DNA of 64,000 bases, from the NCBI GenBank assembly GCA_001643675.2, contig LSRY02000059.1, positions 62,001 through 126,000 of the forward strand. The letters are read 5' to 3'. The DNA comes from Monocercomonoides exilis PA203. Lineage: Eukaryota > Protista > Preaxostyla. Positions 1 to 14,600 of the stretch are shown here, in pieces. Numbering within the stretch: position 1 is the first letter of the stretch; every line of letters starts with the position of its first letter. Under the pieces are notes generated by a model that had not been told where the DNA came from, made no database searches, and saw only the letters and a program-made list of their open reading frames with translations. The translations under genes were made by a program, and so were the position numbers.

Positions 1-2
1 CG

Positions 3-2203
3 CCAACACGTAACTCACCATCTTCTGCGTCAAAGAAATCGAAAAGCCACCATCCCAAATATCAGCATGGTCTCCGCTTTATCACGCCGTTCACTCCGCC
101 CATCCAATCAGAAGGAGAAGACAGCGATTCAGATGATGACAGAAACGATTATGCTGCTCCAGCTGATCCGCCACTCGATATTGCTGACCCTTCTTCTCTT
201 CTTTCTGATGAAAATTCTTTTCACTCAGCCGCAATCCAGAACAGCACGCATGATTTTGCAGTTCTTTCTGATCTGACTGATTCCTCTGACTCTTCATACG
301 ACGGGGTTGTCACGATCGTAGGAGCACCTCCGCTTGCATCAACGGCCGAAACACAAATGCAGCCTCGGAATCAAGCAAATCAAAGCAACTCTTCTTCACA
401 CACACTTCTTAAAGCTGCTTCTCAAAAATCGCAGTTGTCAAACAACAGCGCAGATCTAAGTGTGCATATGCAATCAGATGAATGTTTGCGTCACTCTCCG
501 TTTCACCAAAGGATCCAAGCAGCGCGCAGTCCATGTCCGGAATCAATGAGTCATGCATTCTCTCTTTTGCCTCCACCACCTGCACAGGTCCCTCCTTTGC
601 ATCAGCTTGCTCCACCGCCTCCTGCACTGGAATCTTCCGACGTTGCCATCTCGCCTTCAGACACTTATCAGCAGAGCACAAAGTCAGAAGCGAGCAATCA
701 GAGTGGCTCAAGCAAACACAGATCACCTCCAATCCCTCCACCTCCGCGCTTTGATGATCCCAAGGCAGTCCACATTGAAGACATGATGCCTCTTCCTAAG
801 CTCAATGATCCGTTTAGCGAAGACTCACAATCTGATTCTGAACGAGAAAGCTTATCTGATTCGTCACAATCAACAAAAAGTTCTGGAGACACCAGCAGCT
901 CTTCTACGAACACACAAAATTCAGTGAGCAGCGACGAAGCTGAAAGCTCAATGAATGTTGCAAATGCAAAAATGCAACCTGAGGTAGAGGAAGAAGACGA
1001 ATATTTTGGTGCTTTTGCACGTTTGCTAGATGAGGAAGACGATGACGATCAGCAAGTGGCTTCAATCATTGGCAAAAAAAGCAAAGCAAATACTCCAACA
1101 AGTGCGCAATCTTCGGCTTCATCGACTCCGCCTCCTTTGTTTGGGTGCGAAAAGCCAGTTTTTGATCCCAAGGCATTTGATAGAGATGGAATTATCACCA
1201 TTCAAAACGAGCATCTTCTGGATGACATTGATGGTGATGAAAGTGATGATGATTTTCAACAGTCGATGCTCAACCTATTTCAGTCCTGTCCAACGCCCTC
1301 AAGCAAGCAACAGAATTATCCAACGCCTTCACCTCCAATGTTCTATTCTTCACCCCATTCTGTTGCTCCTTTTTCAACAGCAAGATCTGCAGCATCTTCT
1401 GCTGGATCAAATTCAATTGAAAGTAAAACGTCTTTTCCGCTACAGAATCAGCCATCAGCACAGTTTAATTACCAAACTTCAAATGTGTCACCGCAAAATT
1501 CTAAAAACTCGATTAACAATAATTCTTCAACAATTCCTCCAGCTCCTCCTCTTCCGCTTGCATCAGAAATTGCAAGGAATAGATTAAGAGCACATTACAA
1601 CGCATATCGAAATGCGATAAATAGCGATTTATCTTCTTTAAATAATTCTTCAAAGGAAGACACGCAGAATCCTCTTTCAAAAGTCGAAGGCGAAACAGAT
1701 TTTGCAACTACCGCGCTAACTGCACGTTTGGCAGGGTGCTCTGTTGATGATGCACTTAGTCTTTTATCTCCCAAGCAATCTCGCGTTTTTTCACCTATTC
1801 CACCATCTCCATTTGCGTCATCACTTTCAATGCAATCTTCATCTGCAGACAGGTCATGCAACAATTCAACTCCTGCATCAATTCCATCGACAATTTCATC
1901 TCCTACTCAAGTGCACAGTTTTGCCCAAAAGTTTTCTTCTCCTTTGCAAAAGCAAGATACAAGTTCAGATGTAACAATAGCTCATACTTGGTCAATGCTT
2001 TCGTTGCCAATAAGCGATGAGATACGAGCACCAGCCCATCAACCAATTCCGTCAGCTCCACAGAAACAACCACATCCAGGTATTCCTTCAGCTCGGAATT
2101 GTTTGGAAAGCGAATGGGAATGAATCTGGGGAATTGCAATTATTTTATTCAATCTCTTCATCTTTCTCTCAGGTGCAACGACGAAGAGGGCAGCTGGTAT
2201 GTG
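3..2203 (+). CDS. 3' part of a Ser/Pro-rich hypothetical protein (begins upstream of the window)
   Basis: The frame of ORF 357..2123 is already open from position 3 (PTRNSPSSASKKSK...). A probable intron at 2080-2172 (GTATTC...CTCTCAG) would add a short last exon (ATTKRAAGM*). Low complexity, no recognisable domain. Confidence 0.7.
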
Positions 2204-2613
2204 ACATTTTTAAGTTCAAAGAATTGAGTTCATCTGTTTTCAACAATCACTTCATTTTTTGGATTCGAAAAAACACAAAAAAACAAGACAAACACAAAAG
2301 AAGACGAGCATCATGGGGAAGAGCAGAAAATGGCAAAGGTGAAGTGTTTCAAAAACAAAAAAAGGGGATAGAAGCGAACAAACAGAAAAAGATGCACAAA
2401 TACTGATGCATTTTGTGCAACAACAACAACAACACAAACAAAAAGGAAAATAAAGAACAAAAATCATGAATGGTATTTGGAAGGAACAAACTGAGTGTTT
2501 CTTTCCAATTCATCATTTATTGTCCCGAATTTAACAACACTCATCCACCTTGTTGAAGCGAATCCTGCACGCCTATGAACAAGATATTGGACAGGAAGGA
2601 GGAAAACAGTGTT

Positions 2614-5600
2614 CTACGAGATGAAAGTGGCCGAGATGGAGCTGCACGAGGCTGAGCCAGAGAGTTGCTGCTGCCTGTCGGAGCAGCAGGTGTCGTCGAC
2701 CGCATCGGAGATGGTGAGGATGGCAGCGCCAGGCGGGAAGTGCTGGATGAGCAGGCGCTTGAGGCTGGTGAGGGTCTGTCTGTCGGCAGGGTTCACCGAC
2801 AGACAGGCGTTGACGAGCTCAGAGAAGGCAGACGAGCAGATGGGCTGCATGGGCGGCCTCTCCCCATTTTTGATTTTTTCTCCAGCGATTTCTGCCTCGT
2901 ATTCTCCAAACGGGATCTGGAGCGTCAGGCACTCCCACAGCATCATCCCGACCGAGAATGCCACCGACTCCTTTGTTGCACCCATCTTCTTGTTGATCAG
3001 CAGCTCTGGTGCCTTCCACCTCAGGCACTCTTTTTTGAAAAGTCCCTCATCCTCAAATGCCGATGAGGGCAGAGAGTCGTTGTCATCATTACTGGTTGAA
3101 GTCACAACAGTTGACGAAGAAATGGATGATGAATCTGAATCATCATCTGACAACAAGTCAGAATGCATCACAATGCAGATGACCATGTGTTCGGAGATTA
3201 GAATGATATGAGGACTCAAGTTGGCCAATGATTGGAGTGGATTTTCCATTTCATCAAAAGAGTGAAGAGCGAGATTAGCTACCCAGAACAGGATTTGAGC
3301 AGCTGTCTGTTCCCTCTCCTGAAGAGTGCCAATCGCCATCTCCTTTGTTTTGTTCCTTCCATGAAGTAACATGAACAGCGAATCCCTCAGATCCGCAATC
3401 AGCTTCTCGTGAGGAGATGAACAGGCCATTGCATCGACAAGATTCGACATTGATGAGGTGGTTGGGCACAGATCCTCCCCACGAACAAATGTTGAATCTG
3501 AGTCAGTTGTTGAGGTGGATGAAATGGATGGAGAAGGTGTTCTCTTTCTTGTCTCTTCATCATCTTCTTCCTTCTCATCGACCTTCTCCAGCATCCATTC
3601 AGGAATCTTGTCTGAATCTCTCCCCAGAATGTATTCAGTGGAACCGCTCTCACTCAATAAATGCTCTGATGACTCTGAGTGTCCCAAGCTTTTCTCATAC
3701 ACCCTCTTCTTCATCCTCTCTTCATTCTTCTTCTCTGCCTCCCTCTCAGCCCTTCGCCACTGCTCCTCAGGTGACATCTCCATTGTCACCATCTCAATCG
3801 CCTTCGGATCCTTTCTGATGTTGTCATTCACAATCTCTTCCAATTCCTCTTTTCTTTCCTTCACTTTCTTCCACCGAACAACCAGAACAATTATGACCAC
3901 AAGCAGTACTACACAAATAATGCACACAATAATTACTATTATCGGCCATATGGACATTTCTTTGTTTCCACCTTCAACAATCCTTTCATCACCATTTCCC
4001 TTTGCTTCACTTGCATTCTTCAAAATGGATGGCTGTGTCAATGAAGGAGCATTTGAATTCCCAAACAAAATTGAAACACTCACTTCTATTTCATCTCCAC
4101 AACTCCTGATTAGATCCTTTGCCACACTTCCTTCTGCTTCTCTTTCTGACAAAAACCCATTTGAATCAAAATCATGTTTTTCAATCTCTTTCTCTTCTCC
4201 CTTCCTCTTCACAACTGAGAATGAAAGATTGCATGGAATAAAAAGCAATCCTTTGAATGTCATTTTCATTCTATCTGTCTCTTCTTTTGCTTCAACACTC
4301 TCCAGAACAGGAATGAAAAATGGCGAATCTCTCTCAGAAACAATCCCTTCAAAACTGCATCCATCGTTCAACATCCACAATGATGAGCCATCCTTCAATC
4401 CATCACCTCCTTTCAGACTCATCACATCCAGTGATCCTGAATCAGAGCAGATGATGTTTCTTCTCAGCGATGGATAGCCCTCGATGGATGGGTTGTTGCT
4501 CATGAACTCGCACTTGGTGACAGTCGCACTTCCGTTGCTCAGGGAGAGTGCGCCAGCTGGGCTGTTGGCGAAAGCTGTGTCCTTCACGGCAGCTGAGCCG
4601 CGCAGCAGGTGCAGCATCGATCCGTTCCAGCTGCATTCCTCGTGAAAGGTGTTGTCGGGGGGGAGTCTGTGGGCGGTGTGGCTGAGCCCGTCGAACAGGC
4701 AGCAGTCGATTGCTGCGTTTGCGGAGTCCAGCACACACACAGACATGCCTGTTGGAGAGGGGCTGGAGCAGCCAGCGAAGGTGCAGTTGGCCACGCAGAG
4801 GCTGTTGCAGCGGGAGAGGCACAGGGCAGCAGCAGCATGAGCAGCATGAGCAGAGGATGTGTTGGGAGAGTCAGCCTTCATCTGTGTGAAGCGGGAGGAG
4901 GCGATGGTGACTTCTGCGCTGTCGGCAGCAATAGCGCAGCTCTGGCACACAACATCAGCAGCACAGACCTCGTGCAGAACGAGGGATCCGCCAGCAGCTG
5001 CAGCGATTGCATGGCAGACGATGTTGCACACACTCACCTGGCGGAGCGTGCACGCAGCCGACTCCGCTGAGAGGAAGGTGTGGATGCGGGGAGGGGGTGT
5101 CTGGGCAGGCGCACCGACATTGCATCTGGTGAGGGTGAGTGTGCCTGTGTGGATGTGGAGCAGGGCCGGGTGAGTGATGGGAGGCGAGGGCGGGAGGATG
5201 AAGGAGATGCACTCGATGGCCACAGCGGAGACAGCCTCGATGAGGCAGTCGCGTGTCTGCACCAGCTCGCCCTCGAACAGGATGTCTGCACTCAGCCTGT
5301 CGAGCGCACACACACTCAGCTCCTCCAGCACAACCTCTCCGTCCACCACGCCCTGGCCGTCGACAGCGAGCATGCGGAAGAGGTCGCCGTACACATGGGC
5401 CAGGGCGCACCCCACTGTGCGGCAGGGCAGCTTTGGGGTGCCGCACTGGCGGGAGTCTTCGCCGGGGCTGGGCTGGGCGGAGGCCACGACAATGGTGCTG
5501 AGCTGGAGCACGGTGATGAAGTCCATGAGGTCGATGGGGTCGGGGGCGAGGGAGTCGGCGCCGAAGATGGCGTTGACGGGGTTGTATTTGTCGGGCTGGA

Positions 5601-8600
5601 GGTCGAAGCGGAACTGGGTGTCGTTGATCTGGGAGGGGATGTTGCGGCACTGGACGAAGATGTCTCTGCCGCGCCAGGCGGTGTTGGCGTCGAAGGCGCA
5701 CTTTGCGAAGAGGAAGTCGAGGGAGCCGAAGAGGTCGGAGGCGAGGCACACGCCGCCGCCTCTGCCGGTGCGGGTGGAGCAGGCACACTGCACAACGCGG
5801 CACTGGGACATCCGCATGTGCCCCTCGCCGCTCAGCCAGCACAGCCACGCCCCGCCCCACTCCGACGCGCCGGCCCTGCACGACTCGAGCACTGTGCTGT
5901 TCATCTCAGCCGCAACAGCACTGCCCGGCTCGGCCGACACGCAGCAGGGCCCGTCGTCTTCCCGTGCGACTGTGTCGAAGGTGGAGTTGGTGCAGACAAA
6001 GCGCGCCTCTCCGTTCGTCCTTGCGGCCGAGCCGCTGGCAAAGCAGAACACACACCCCGAGGCGATCCTCGCGGAGCGCACTGCCGCGCCAGCCACGAGG
6101 CATCCGCAGCTCCCTTCCAGCCGGAACACGGGCGGCACCACACACACATCGCTCACCTCGAGGTTGTCGGCTGTGGCAGTGCCGCCCCGGCACACCACAA
6201 AGGAATAGTCGCCTGGCTGGTGGGAGGTTGCGTTGGAGCAGAAGGCGCAGCGGGTGAGCACGAGGTCTCCGCCCTCGCTCAGGATCACCGCCTGCAGCGC
6301 GTTCGCGAAGGAGGCAGAGGTGCAGATGGCGATGGAGTCGAGGCGGAGCTGCCTGGTGTTTGTGAACAGCGGGGCAGCGCGGGTGTCTGTGGTGCTGCGG
6401 GCGTTGAGTGCCGGGCGAGGGCTGCCCTCAGACAGGGGAGGGGCAGACTGGACGGTGAAGGAGGACAGGTCGAAGGGGTCCTGCACGAGCGTGTGGCCGT
6501 CGATGAAGATGGTCTTGTGTGCTGCTGCGCTGTCCACCTGCTGCATCCCTTTCCAGAAGCTCTCGCAGGGATCGGCTTCGCTCCCGCACCTCTTCACGTC
6601 GGATCCAGCAGCCGACAGATAGATGGCGTCGGCCTGATACGCCAGGAGGAAGCGGAAGAGGTCAGTGGCGGAGTGGGCTGTGTCGCTGCCGACAAACGCG
6701 TTTGGGTCGCTGGCGAAGGGGGAGCAGTCGAAGGCGAAGGCGGAGTTGGTCACAGTGGCGTTGAGGTCGAGGCTGGCAACGAAGACATGCCTCCCGACTG
6801 GTGCTGCGTTCTGCGTGAATGATGTTGCCAGGCCAAGCGCAAAGGGGTTGGGTGTGTGTGAGGAGGTGCAGTCGAGGAAGAGGGCGCCACCTCTTCCGCT
6901 GTGTGGGGAGCAGGAGCAGAGGGCGAAGGAGGTGTTGGCAGTGGCGAGTGTGTGCTCTGCAGCGAGAACCGCCTTGAGTGCGCCTCCGTCTGCAGAGGCT
7001 GGGGCAGATATGCTGGCGAAGGAGGAGTGGGCGATGGTGGAGGTGCACATGAGCAGGAGCGGAGCGTCGGGAAAGGCGAGGGACTGGACAACACACCGGG
7101 CGAGGTGCACAGACTGGCCGGCTGCGCTGAGGAGCAGATAGCTGAGGGAGCGAGCAGAGGCAGAGGCCGAGGCAGAAGAGAACGTGATGTTGGTGAAGGA
7201 GAGCTCGCCATGAGGCGCAGAGGAGGAGAGGAAGACAGACTGGCCAGAGGAGAAGGCAGAGGGAAGGTCGAAGAGGATGCGGAGGAAGGCAGTCTTTGCA
7301 GCTGTGGCGAGGACAGCGGAGGCAGGAGAGGCAGCGGAAGAAGAGACGGCTGAGCGGACAGAGATGGTGCAGGATGAGGCGTCGTCGGATGACTGCACCT
7401 GGAAGCCTGAGACATCCAGGGCATCCTGCACAAAGGTGGAGTTGGCGATGAGCATTGTCCTGCTGGGCAGGGATGCATCGGCATTTGCGTGGCCTCTCCA
7501 GAACGAAAAGCAAGGGTGCTGGCGTGTCCCGCACCCGAGCACATCGTATCCCTGGTCAGACACAACGACTTCGCCAGCCTTCCGCACCCTCAGAAACAGC
7601 TGCAGCTCCACCGGCACATCGCCAAACCTGTGTGTGTCTGTGCCTTCCATCTCTGCCTCTCCCTCTGCTCCGTCTCCAGCAAGAGACACAAACCGCGCAG
7701 CCTTCACGCTCTCGTTCAGGTCTGTGCACATCAGGAACACATCTCTCCCGCACAGGGCTGCATTGGCTGAGAAGGTCAGGTCAGCCAGCTGGAAGTTGTT
7801 GTTGTTGTTGTTGTTGTTGGGCTGGGCAAGCAGGTGCAAGAAGATGCCGCCGCCTCTGCCACTCGAGGGAGGGACGCTGCACGCCTTGATGGAGGAGTTG
7901 TGGATGCCCAATTCTCCCTCGCCATCCATCTGGCACCACACACACCCGCCATCCCCCGCTGCCGAGCTGCACTGCTCGAACTCGCATCCGTCTGCAATCT
8001 CCACCTTGGCAGAGCAGCTGGCCTCGAGGAAGTGCCCGTCTGTGCTTGGGGTTGTGTGCACCCTCAGCCCCTTCAGGGACAGCGCTGCACCCGCACCTCC
8101 AGCAACCAGCCCTCCTCCGCTGCCTGAGGCAGACGTGATGTTGCACCCCTCCATGGTGAGACTCCCGCTGCCCATGTGTGCAATCCGGCTTCCTCCCGCA
8201 AAGGCGAGGTGGGAGAAGGCAACGGAGTCGAAGAGGATGGTGCCTCCCTCGCCTGATGCCACAGCCATGGGTGTGGATGCCTCTGCTCCGTCTTCTGCTC
8301 CATCCTGTGTGCCGAACAGACAGTCGACCACGGAAAAGCGGCCAGTGGCAGCAGTGATGAGGGAAGGCACAGACAGGCCAGATTGGAGAGGGGAGCAGGG
8401 AAGAAGGAGCACGAGCTGGGAAAGGGTGAAGGAGGTTGCAGCTGTTCCCGCGGTGAGGGAAAAGCACCCGCCTGGCTGGATGGTGAGGTGGGAGCGTGTG
8501 CCGCGCTCTCCTTCGATGGTGAGCGAGAGTGTGTCGCGGTCGATGCTGCTGGCGAGGGTGTTTGCGTTGGTGAGGTGGACGATGGTTCTGTTGCCGCTCA

Positions 8601-11600
8601 GCGCAGCCACACCCACGGGGATGGTGGCGCAGGGATACACCTTGCTGCCGCACTGCGGGAAGGGGTCTGTGCCGCTCTGCACATACACGATCTCGTCGGA
8701 GGGGGGGAAGAGATAGAAGAGGATGGACACGTTGGCGCCCTGGGGTGCAGAGTCGTCGTGGACCCACTTGGTGGTGGCGGGGTCTGTGTCGGCAGCAGAG
8801 CCTTCCCAGTAGATGGCGTGGAGGGCAGCGTGCGGGGCGGGGCACACGAGATACACGTCTTTGCCGAGCCAGGCGTCGTTGGCTGCAAAGGCGATGCCCT
8901 TCATGGAGTACCGCACATCGGCCACCGCAAAGCGCAGGAACAGCCCTCCTCCGCACCCTGCCAGCCCGTCCACCGTGCACTCGCTTGCAGCGCTCTTCTC
9001 GAACACCCACTCTCCGCCTTTCTTCACCTCGGCCACAACCCCGCCGCCGCGCGTGCTGCCGCTCTCGATGCAGCTGCACCTCTCCATGGTGCAGTTGGCG
9101 AAGCTGAACTTCCTTCCCCCGCTCACAGCCCCGACCACCAGCCCTCCGCTTCCACGCAGCCTGGTGATGTTGGCGAAGGAGGTGTTCTTCAGCGCCAAGG
9201 TGGTGGTGAGCGGGGAGCAGATGACCTCGCTCGAGTCCATGGTGGCATCGGCGATGGTCGAGTTCTCCACACGCAGAGAGGCGCCGGATGTTGCGCGGAT
9301 CAGCCCGCTGGGCGCGTTTGTGGTGGTGTTGCGCAGGTGCAGCTCGACGAACGAGCCAGCAGCACTGCTGCCTTCGAGGAGGAAAGCAGGGGATGCAGCA
9401 AAGGCTGTGCTGTGCATGGCGAACTGGCAGAGGAGCACTGTGCCGCTGGAGGCGACAGCGAAGGAGTACTGGAGGGGAGAAGGCGGGGCAGCTGTGGTGC
9501 ATGCGGTGAAGGTGAGTGTGGCTGCGCTGCACCAGAACAGGGCTGCTCGGGGGCGGGGCGCAAAGGAGGAAGGCAGGCCAAAGCACATCCCCGAGAGGCC
9601 GACTTCGATCCCTGTTTCGACCAAGGCCTCGCCCTCTCCTTCGCCATCAGCCCTGATGTCGATCTGTGTGCCCGCAGCAGCAGAGTCGACGGCGAGTGGC
9701 TGCGAGCAGAGGCAGAGGGTGTCTCTGAAGGAGAAAGGGGGCTGGAGGCGGAGGGCAGCGAGGGACTGGCCAAAGCGGGAGGAGGCAGCATATGGGATGG
9801 TCTGGCAGGGATAGTCGGGATATCCGCAGAGGGATGCATCCACGCCATCCTCGCCCCCCACAACGCAGGGCCGAGCGAAGGACCGCAGCAGGAGCACCAG
9901 CGGGAGCACAAGGGATGCACTTGCCCTGTCGATGCCGCTCAGCTCGTCCAGGTCTGGCGCCTCATCCACGCCGATCGCGAAGGTGAAGTTCATGGTGGTG
10001 CGGGTGACGAGCTGGGAGAGAGAGTCGGCACAGACAAACAGATTCTTGCCCTTCCACGCACTGCACTGGTCGAACGATGTGTTGCTCAGCTGGAAGCCAG
10101 ATGCTGCTCCAGCGCAGTCGAGGAACACGCCTCCGCCCAGTCCCTTTGCGAGTGTGCCCTCGCTGGGAACACTGCACAGGGTGAAGGAGGTGTTGCTGAT
10201 CTCGACTGTTGCTCCGCCAGCAGCACTGCACAGCAGCCCTCCACCCGCTCCATCGCTTGCAGCTGCACTGCATCCACACACGGTGCTGTTGGCGATGCAG
10301 AGCCTTGCTGACGGCCCTTGGCACTCCGCAGCAGCCCAGGATCCGTTGCCTTGGGAGTGAGACACACCCGCCACCGAGCAGCCTGCCAGGCTCACAGATC
10401 CCGACGAGTGGATCACAACCAGGGGTGGCATGCACGAGACAGCGGTTGCAGATGAGTCTGTGCCGATGGCCAGCTGGCTCGCACTGAAGGACCCTTCCTC
10501 GACGAGGATGAGCGAATAGGCCAGCATGCTCCCCTCTCTCAGCTCGAACGAGCAGGCGGAGATGCACAGCGCACGGGATGAGGAGCAAAAGAAGGCTCTT
10601 GGCTGGCGCAGGGCAGCAGGGATGCAGAGGGCGAGGGAGTGGAGGGTGAGGGTGATGGCCGAGGCGAGGAAGGCGTCTTGCTCGGCTGGGGCGAGATCAA
10701 ACACAGAGAGCCGGGCAGCCTGGGCTGCTCCTTGCATGGTGAGGGATGGCAGCAGCTGTGGGGCAGCAGGGGCAGCAGCTGGGAGGAGGTTGAGTGCGTT
10801 GGTGATTGTGGAGCCTGGGGCGATGGTGATTGTGGAAGGGCGCTGGGGGAGGGGCGCGAACCGGGTGGAGACGATGTGGTCGACAGTCCTGCACGGCGCC
10901 TCGCTGAACCCGCACCGGCTGAAGTCGCCTCCACCCGCCCCGTCCACAAAGCCGTCGGCTGTGAAGTTGGTCCAGAGATACACCACCAGCGGGATGCAGA
11001 ACGAGCTGTCTGTGGTGCACCTCTCGAACCCAGCCAGCTTGCCCAGATCAGCCTCCTCCCTGTGTGCGCCGAGCGAGTGCTCGTTGATCAGCGCCAGCAG
11101 GTCGTATCCACAGACAAACAGGCTGGACCCTTTCTCGGCAGTGCAGCTGGCAAACACCACATCCCCCACCGCAAAGTCGGTTGCACCCTCCTCTGCATCC
11201 ACATACACCCCTCCTCCACGCCCGTGCTCCCCCTCTGCGCTCTTCAATGCTGAACACGTGTCAAACCCTGCAACTCTACCATCACCATCATCACCACCAG
11301 CATCAGCATCAGTCGAGCCTTCCACAGAGAAGTGGCTTCCAGACTTCATCTCGACACACATCCCTCCGCCATTTGCGCCTCTGCTGCAGCACTCGCACAG
11401 GGAGCACCCAGCAACAGCCAGGTTCGATCCGTCTGCCAGTGTGCACTCGATGCATCCGCCGTTCCGGATGGCTCTGTCGAAGTTGGCGAAGGTGCTGTTT
11501 TGGAGGAGTATTGCCTTTGCAGAGGCAGAGCTGAGCAGCGCACATGCGAGGGGTGCTGTGGGCGAGGACACTGTGGAGTTCCACACCCTCAAGGAGCCGC

Positions 11601-14600
11601 CATTTGCAACCTCGAGCAGCCCGCACTCGGCAGTTGTGCTGACAGACTCGACACTCAGCTTGCCAAAGTCGCCCTCTGCCCCAGCACCTGCAACCGATAT
11701 CAGTGGCTGGCCAGCCAATGCCATTGCTGAGCACACAAGGTTTGTGGCTTCGATCTTCCCGTTTGTCACAGCAAGAGGCACAAACGCCACCGAGTGAACC
11801 CCACCAGCTGTTTTGATTCCGCACGAAGTCAGTGTCAGTGTGGCACCCTTGCAGCACAGGAGGTGTGTTGTGGACTGCGAAAGGGTCTGTGGCAGAGCAA
11901 AGACCACGTTGATGAGCTGTGCAGGGTGTGTGGTTGTGATGAGCGCAGGATGGGAAGGGGGTGCAGAGGGTGCAACACCAACCTCGTCTCCTTTTTCCTC
12001 GCACTGGATGCTCCACTCGTTGCCGCCTAGCTCGATCTCCTCTCTCCACACAAACCCCGTGTGCAGGACGATGCTTCTTTTGCTGCCAGAAAACCACAGG
12101 CCAGCTGCCTTTCCGATGGACACACAGGGGTGCTCGGCAAACCCGCAGGCGCTGAAGTCTCTCCCCTTGGCTCCGCCAACAAACGCTGGGGGTGAAAACA
12201 CCTTCAGAAAGGGTGCCAGTGGGAGTGGGTCTTCTCGATGTCCGTCTTCGAATCCCATCAGATCCTCGTCGCTCATCCCGCTCCTGCTGAAGCCCATCGA
12301 GGAGGTGCTCACAACCACTCGCAGCACAGGCGCCTCCACAAACACATTGTTCCCCTTCCACGCTGCGCACCCCGAGAAGCCCATCTCCTTCAGCACCATC
12401 GCACATCCTCCACCTTCAGCCGAAACAAACACCCCACCTCCCTTCCCCTTTGCCTCCTGCCCGTTCGGAGCAGTGCATCCCTCAAACGACACTGCTGACA
12501 CAGCGCCCATCTGCAACCTGCCTCCACTCCTCAGCCTCACCCAAACACCCCCGCCATCCCCCTTCGAGCATGCGCACCCACTCACCGACACATTGTTCAT
12601 CTCCACAGCCCCGCCATCCTCGATGTCGCACTCTGCTCCTGCACCGCTCCCCACACCCCGTTGCACCGCTGATATTGTGCTGTTGGTGAGTGCCAGCTCG
12701 GCTGTGACTGCTGCGCGGATGAGAGGCGCCTCCGAGAGTGTGATTGTGTTTATCTCGCAGTTCTCGACAGCCAATGCCCCTCCATCCATGGTGATGAGGG
12801 GTGCTCCAAACACATTGTTCTGTGCTGTGTCTGCAGTGATGAGGCAGTTTTTGATCCATGCAGCTGCTGTGCTCGAGACAGAAAACAGGGGGTGGGAGGC
12901 AGGCTGTGCTGATGGAGAGCCGTGGACAACAGTGAAGGAGTCAAATGTCAGCTGTCCACTGGTGAGGAAGACGAAAGAGCGAGTGGTGGCTTTTGGCAGG
13001 ATGGTTGTGGTGCTCTTGTGGCCAACAACTTGCAGCGCCAGCGAGTCGACAGCAGCCTCTGCCTCGGGATAAGTGCCAGGAGCAAAAGTGATGGAGACCG
13101 GGTGGGCAGACCTGTTGATGAGGGTGAGCGAGAAGCCGAGGGTGCTGCAGGGAAAGAGTGTGATGCCGCAGAGCGGGGTGTCTGAGCCGTTGTGCTTGCT
13201 GACAAACGCCCGGGAGAGGAGCCTGTTCATCAGGTGGCTGCGGTCGCTGCCAGCCACAAACAATCTGTTTGGCGCTGTGGTTGATGTTCGACACTCCACA
13301 ATGTTGCTTTCCACAAGAACCGTGCTCCACTCCTGTGATGCATAGATGTCAGCCCCAGTGCTGCTGGCCTGATTCCCATCAAAGAAGCAGAAGGAGAGCT
13401 TTGTGAAAATATAATCGTGCACTCGAGTTGAGAAACTCATTGCACCCCCAACACTGTTTTCAGATGAACATGATCTGAACAGGCACTCTGAAAACACCAT
13501 GCCAAACGTGTGTGAACACCATATCCCTCCTCCAGTTTCGTTATCATTTGAAACATTCACTTTGCCTGACGTTATGATGTTGTTTGAAAATGAACTTCCA
13601 TTTCTAATTTCTGTTGCTTCAATTGTTCCTCCTGCCCAATATGCTGCACTGTTTGTGACATTGCATTGGTCAACGTTCAGTTGATTAATAAAGCTCACCT
13701 TTAAAGTTCCAGCCCATTCATTTGCTGAACAATTAGAAAATACACAGGTTCCAACGGTAACTTTTGATGAATAGATAATGTTGCACGCACCACCTGCTCT
13801 TTTTGCGTGGCAGTCATCGAATTCACTGTTTTGAATTGAGCATGTTCCAGTTGAATTATGGTTAATTGCACCACCATATTCAACGTTTTTCAAACCATGA
13901 AATGCACATTCATTGACATCAGTTGTGGCTGAGCCAGAATGTTCAATTCGTTGGCAGGCAGTTCTGGTGGAGCGACAAAACGAGGAGTTCCAAGCTGTGA
14001 AGCTGCCTTTGCAAACACTCATCCCCCACACAATCCCTCCATCATATCCATTCTCCACCCGATCCATCAAGCAGCTGTCAATCAGTGTGTGCTGCTCCTC
14101 TGTCATCCCTCCATCTCTTTTGGCATCAGCACATGAAGCATGTGGTTGTGTGACATTGATGAACACTGTGCTTGCCAAACGGATGGCTGGCACGTGGATT
14201 GGAGAAAGAAACGGTTCAGCGCCAACACACACTGAAGCAATGAGCGATGACTCCACAGCCACTCTCCCGCTGTTGTGCTGCACAGTGTGTGTGAGTGGCT
14301 GTGAAGATATCAGAGGCTGTGCTGCACTGTGTGCGAAAGGAAATGAGAGGGTGATGTTTGTCAGCACAAGTGCTGCTCGGGATGCACAGAACATGCTTTT
14401 TGTGCTGCTTCTGTCCAGCTTCAGCGCACACTCAACCACCCTCACACTTGACGAGTCTGTGCAAACAACTCCTTGCTTGCCTGAAACCTGCACAATGCTC
14501 AACCACTTCAGCTCCGCTGATGAATTGGCCATCACAAACTCTGCTGCAACTGTGTGTTTTGTGCTCAATCGAAAGTGGGAATATGAGGGATGTGGACGAG

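Noticed and set aside
4440-13350. Many long overlapping ORFs (e.g. 5080..6822 +, 7781..9586 -, 8383..10311 +, 10526..11797 +)
   Set aside because: Shadow frames of the GC-rich 4052-aa gene; stop codons are scarce at high GC and the translations lack recognisable motifs.
4460-13400. GC-rich block as bacterial contamination or a recent lateral transfer
   Set aside because: It is in frame with host-like segments in one ORF that has a eukaryotic signal peptide, TM helix and kinase-like tail; no operon structure.
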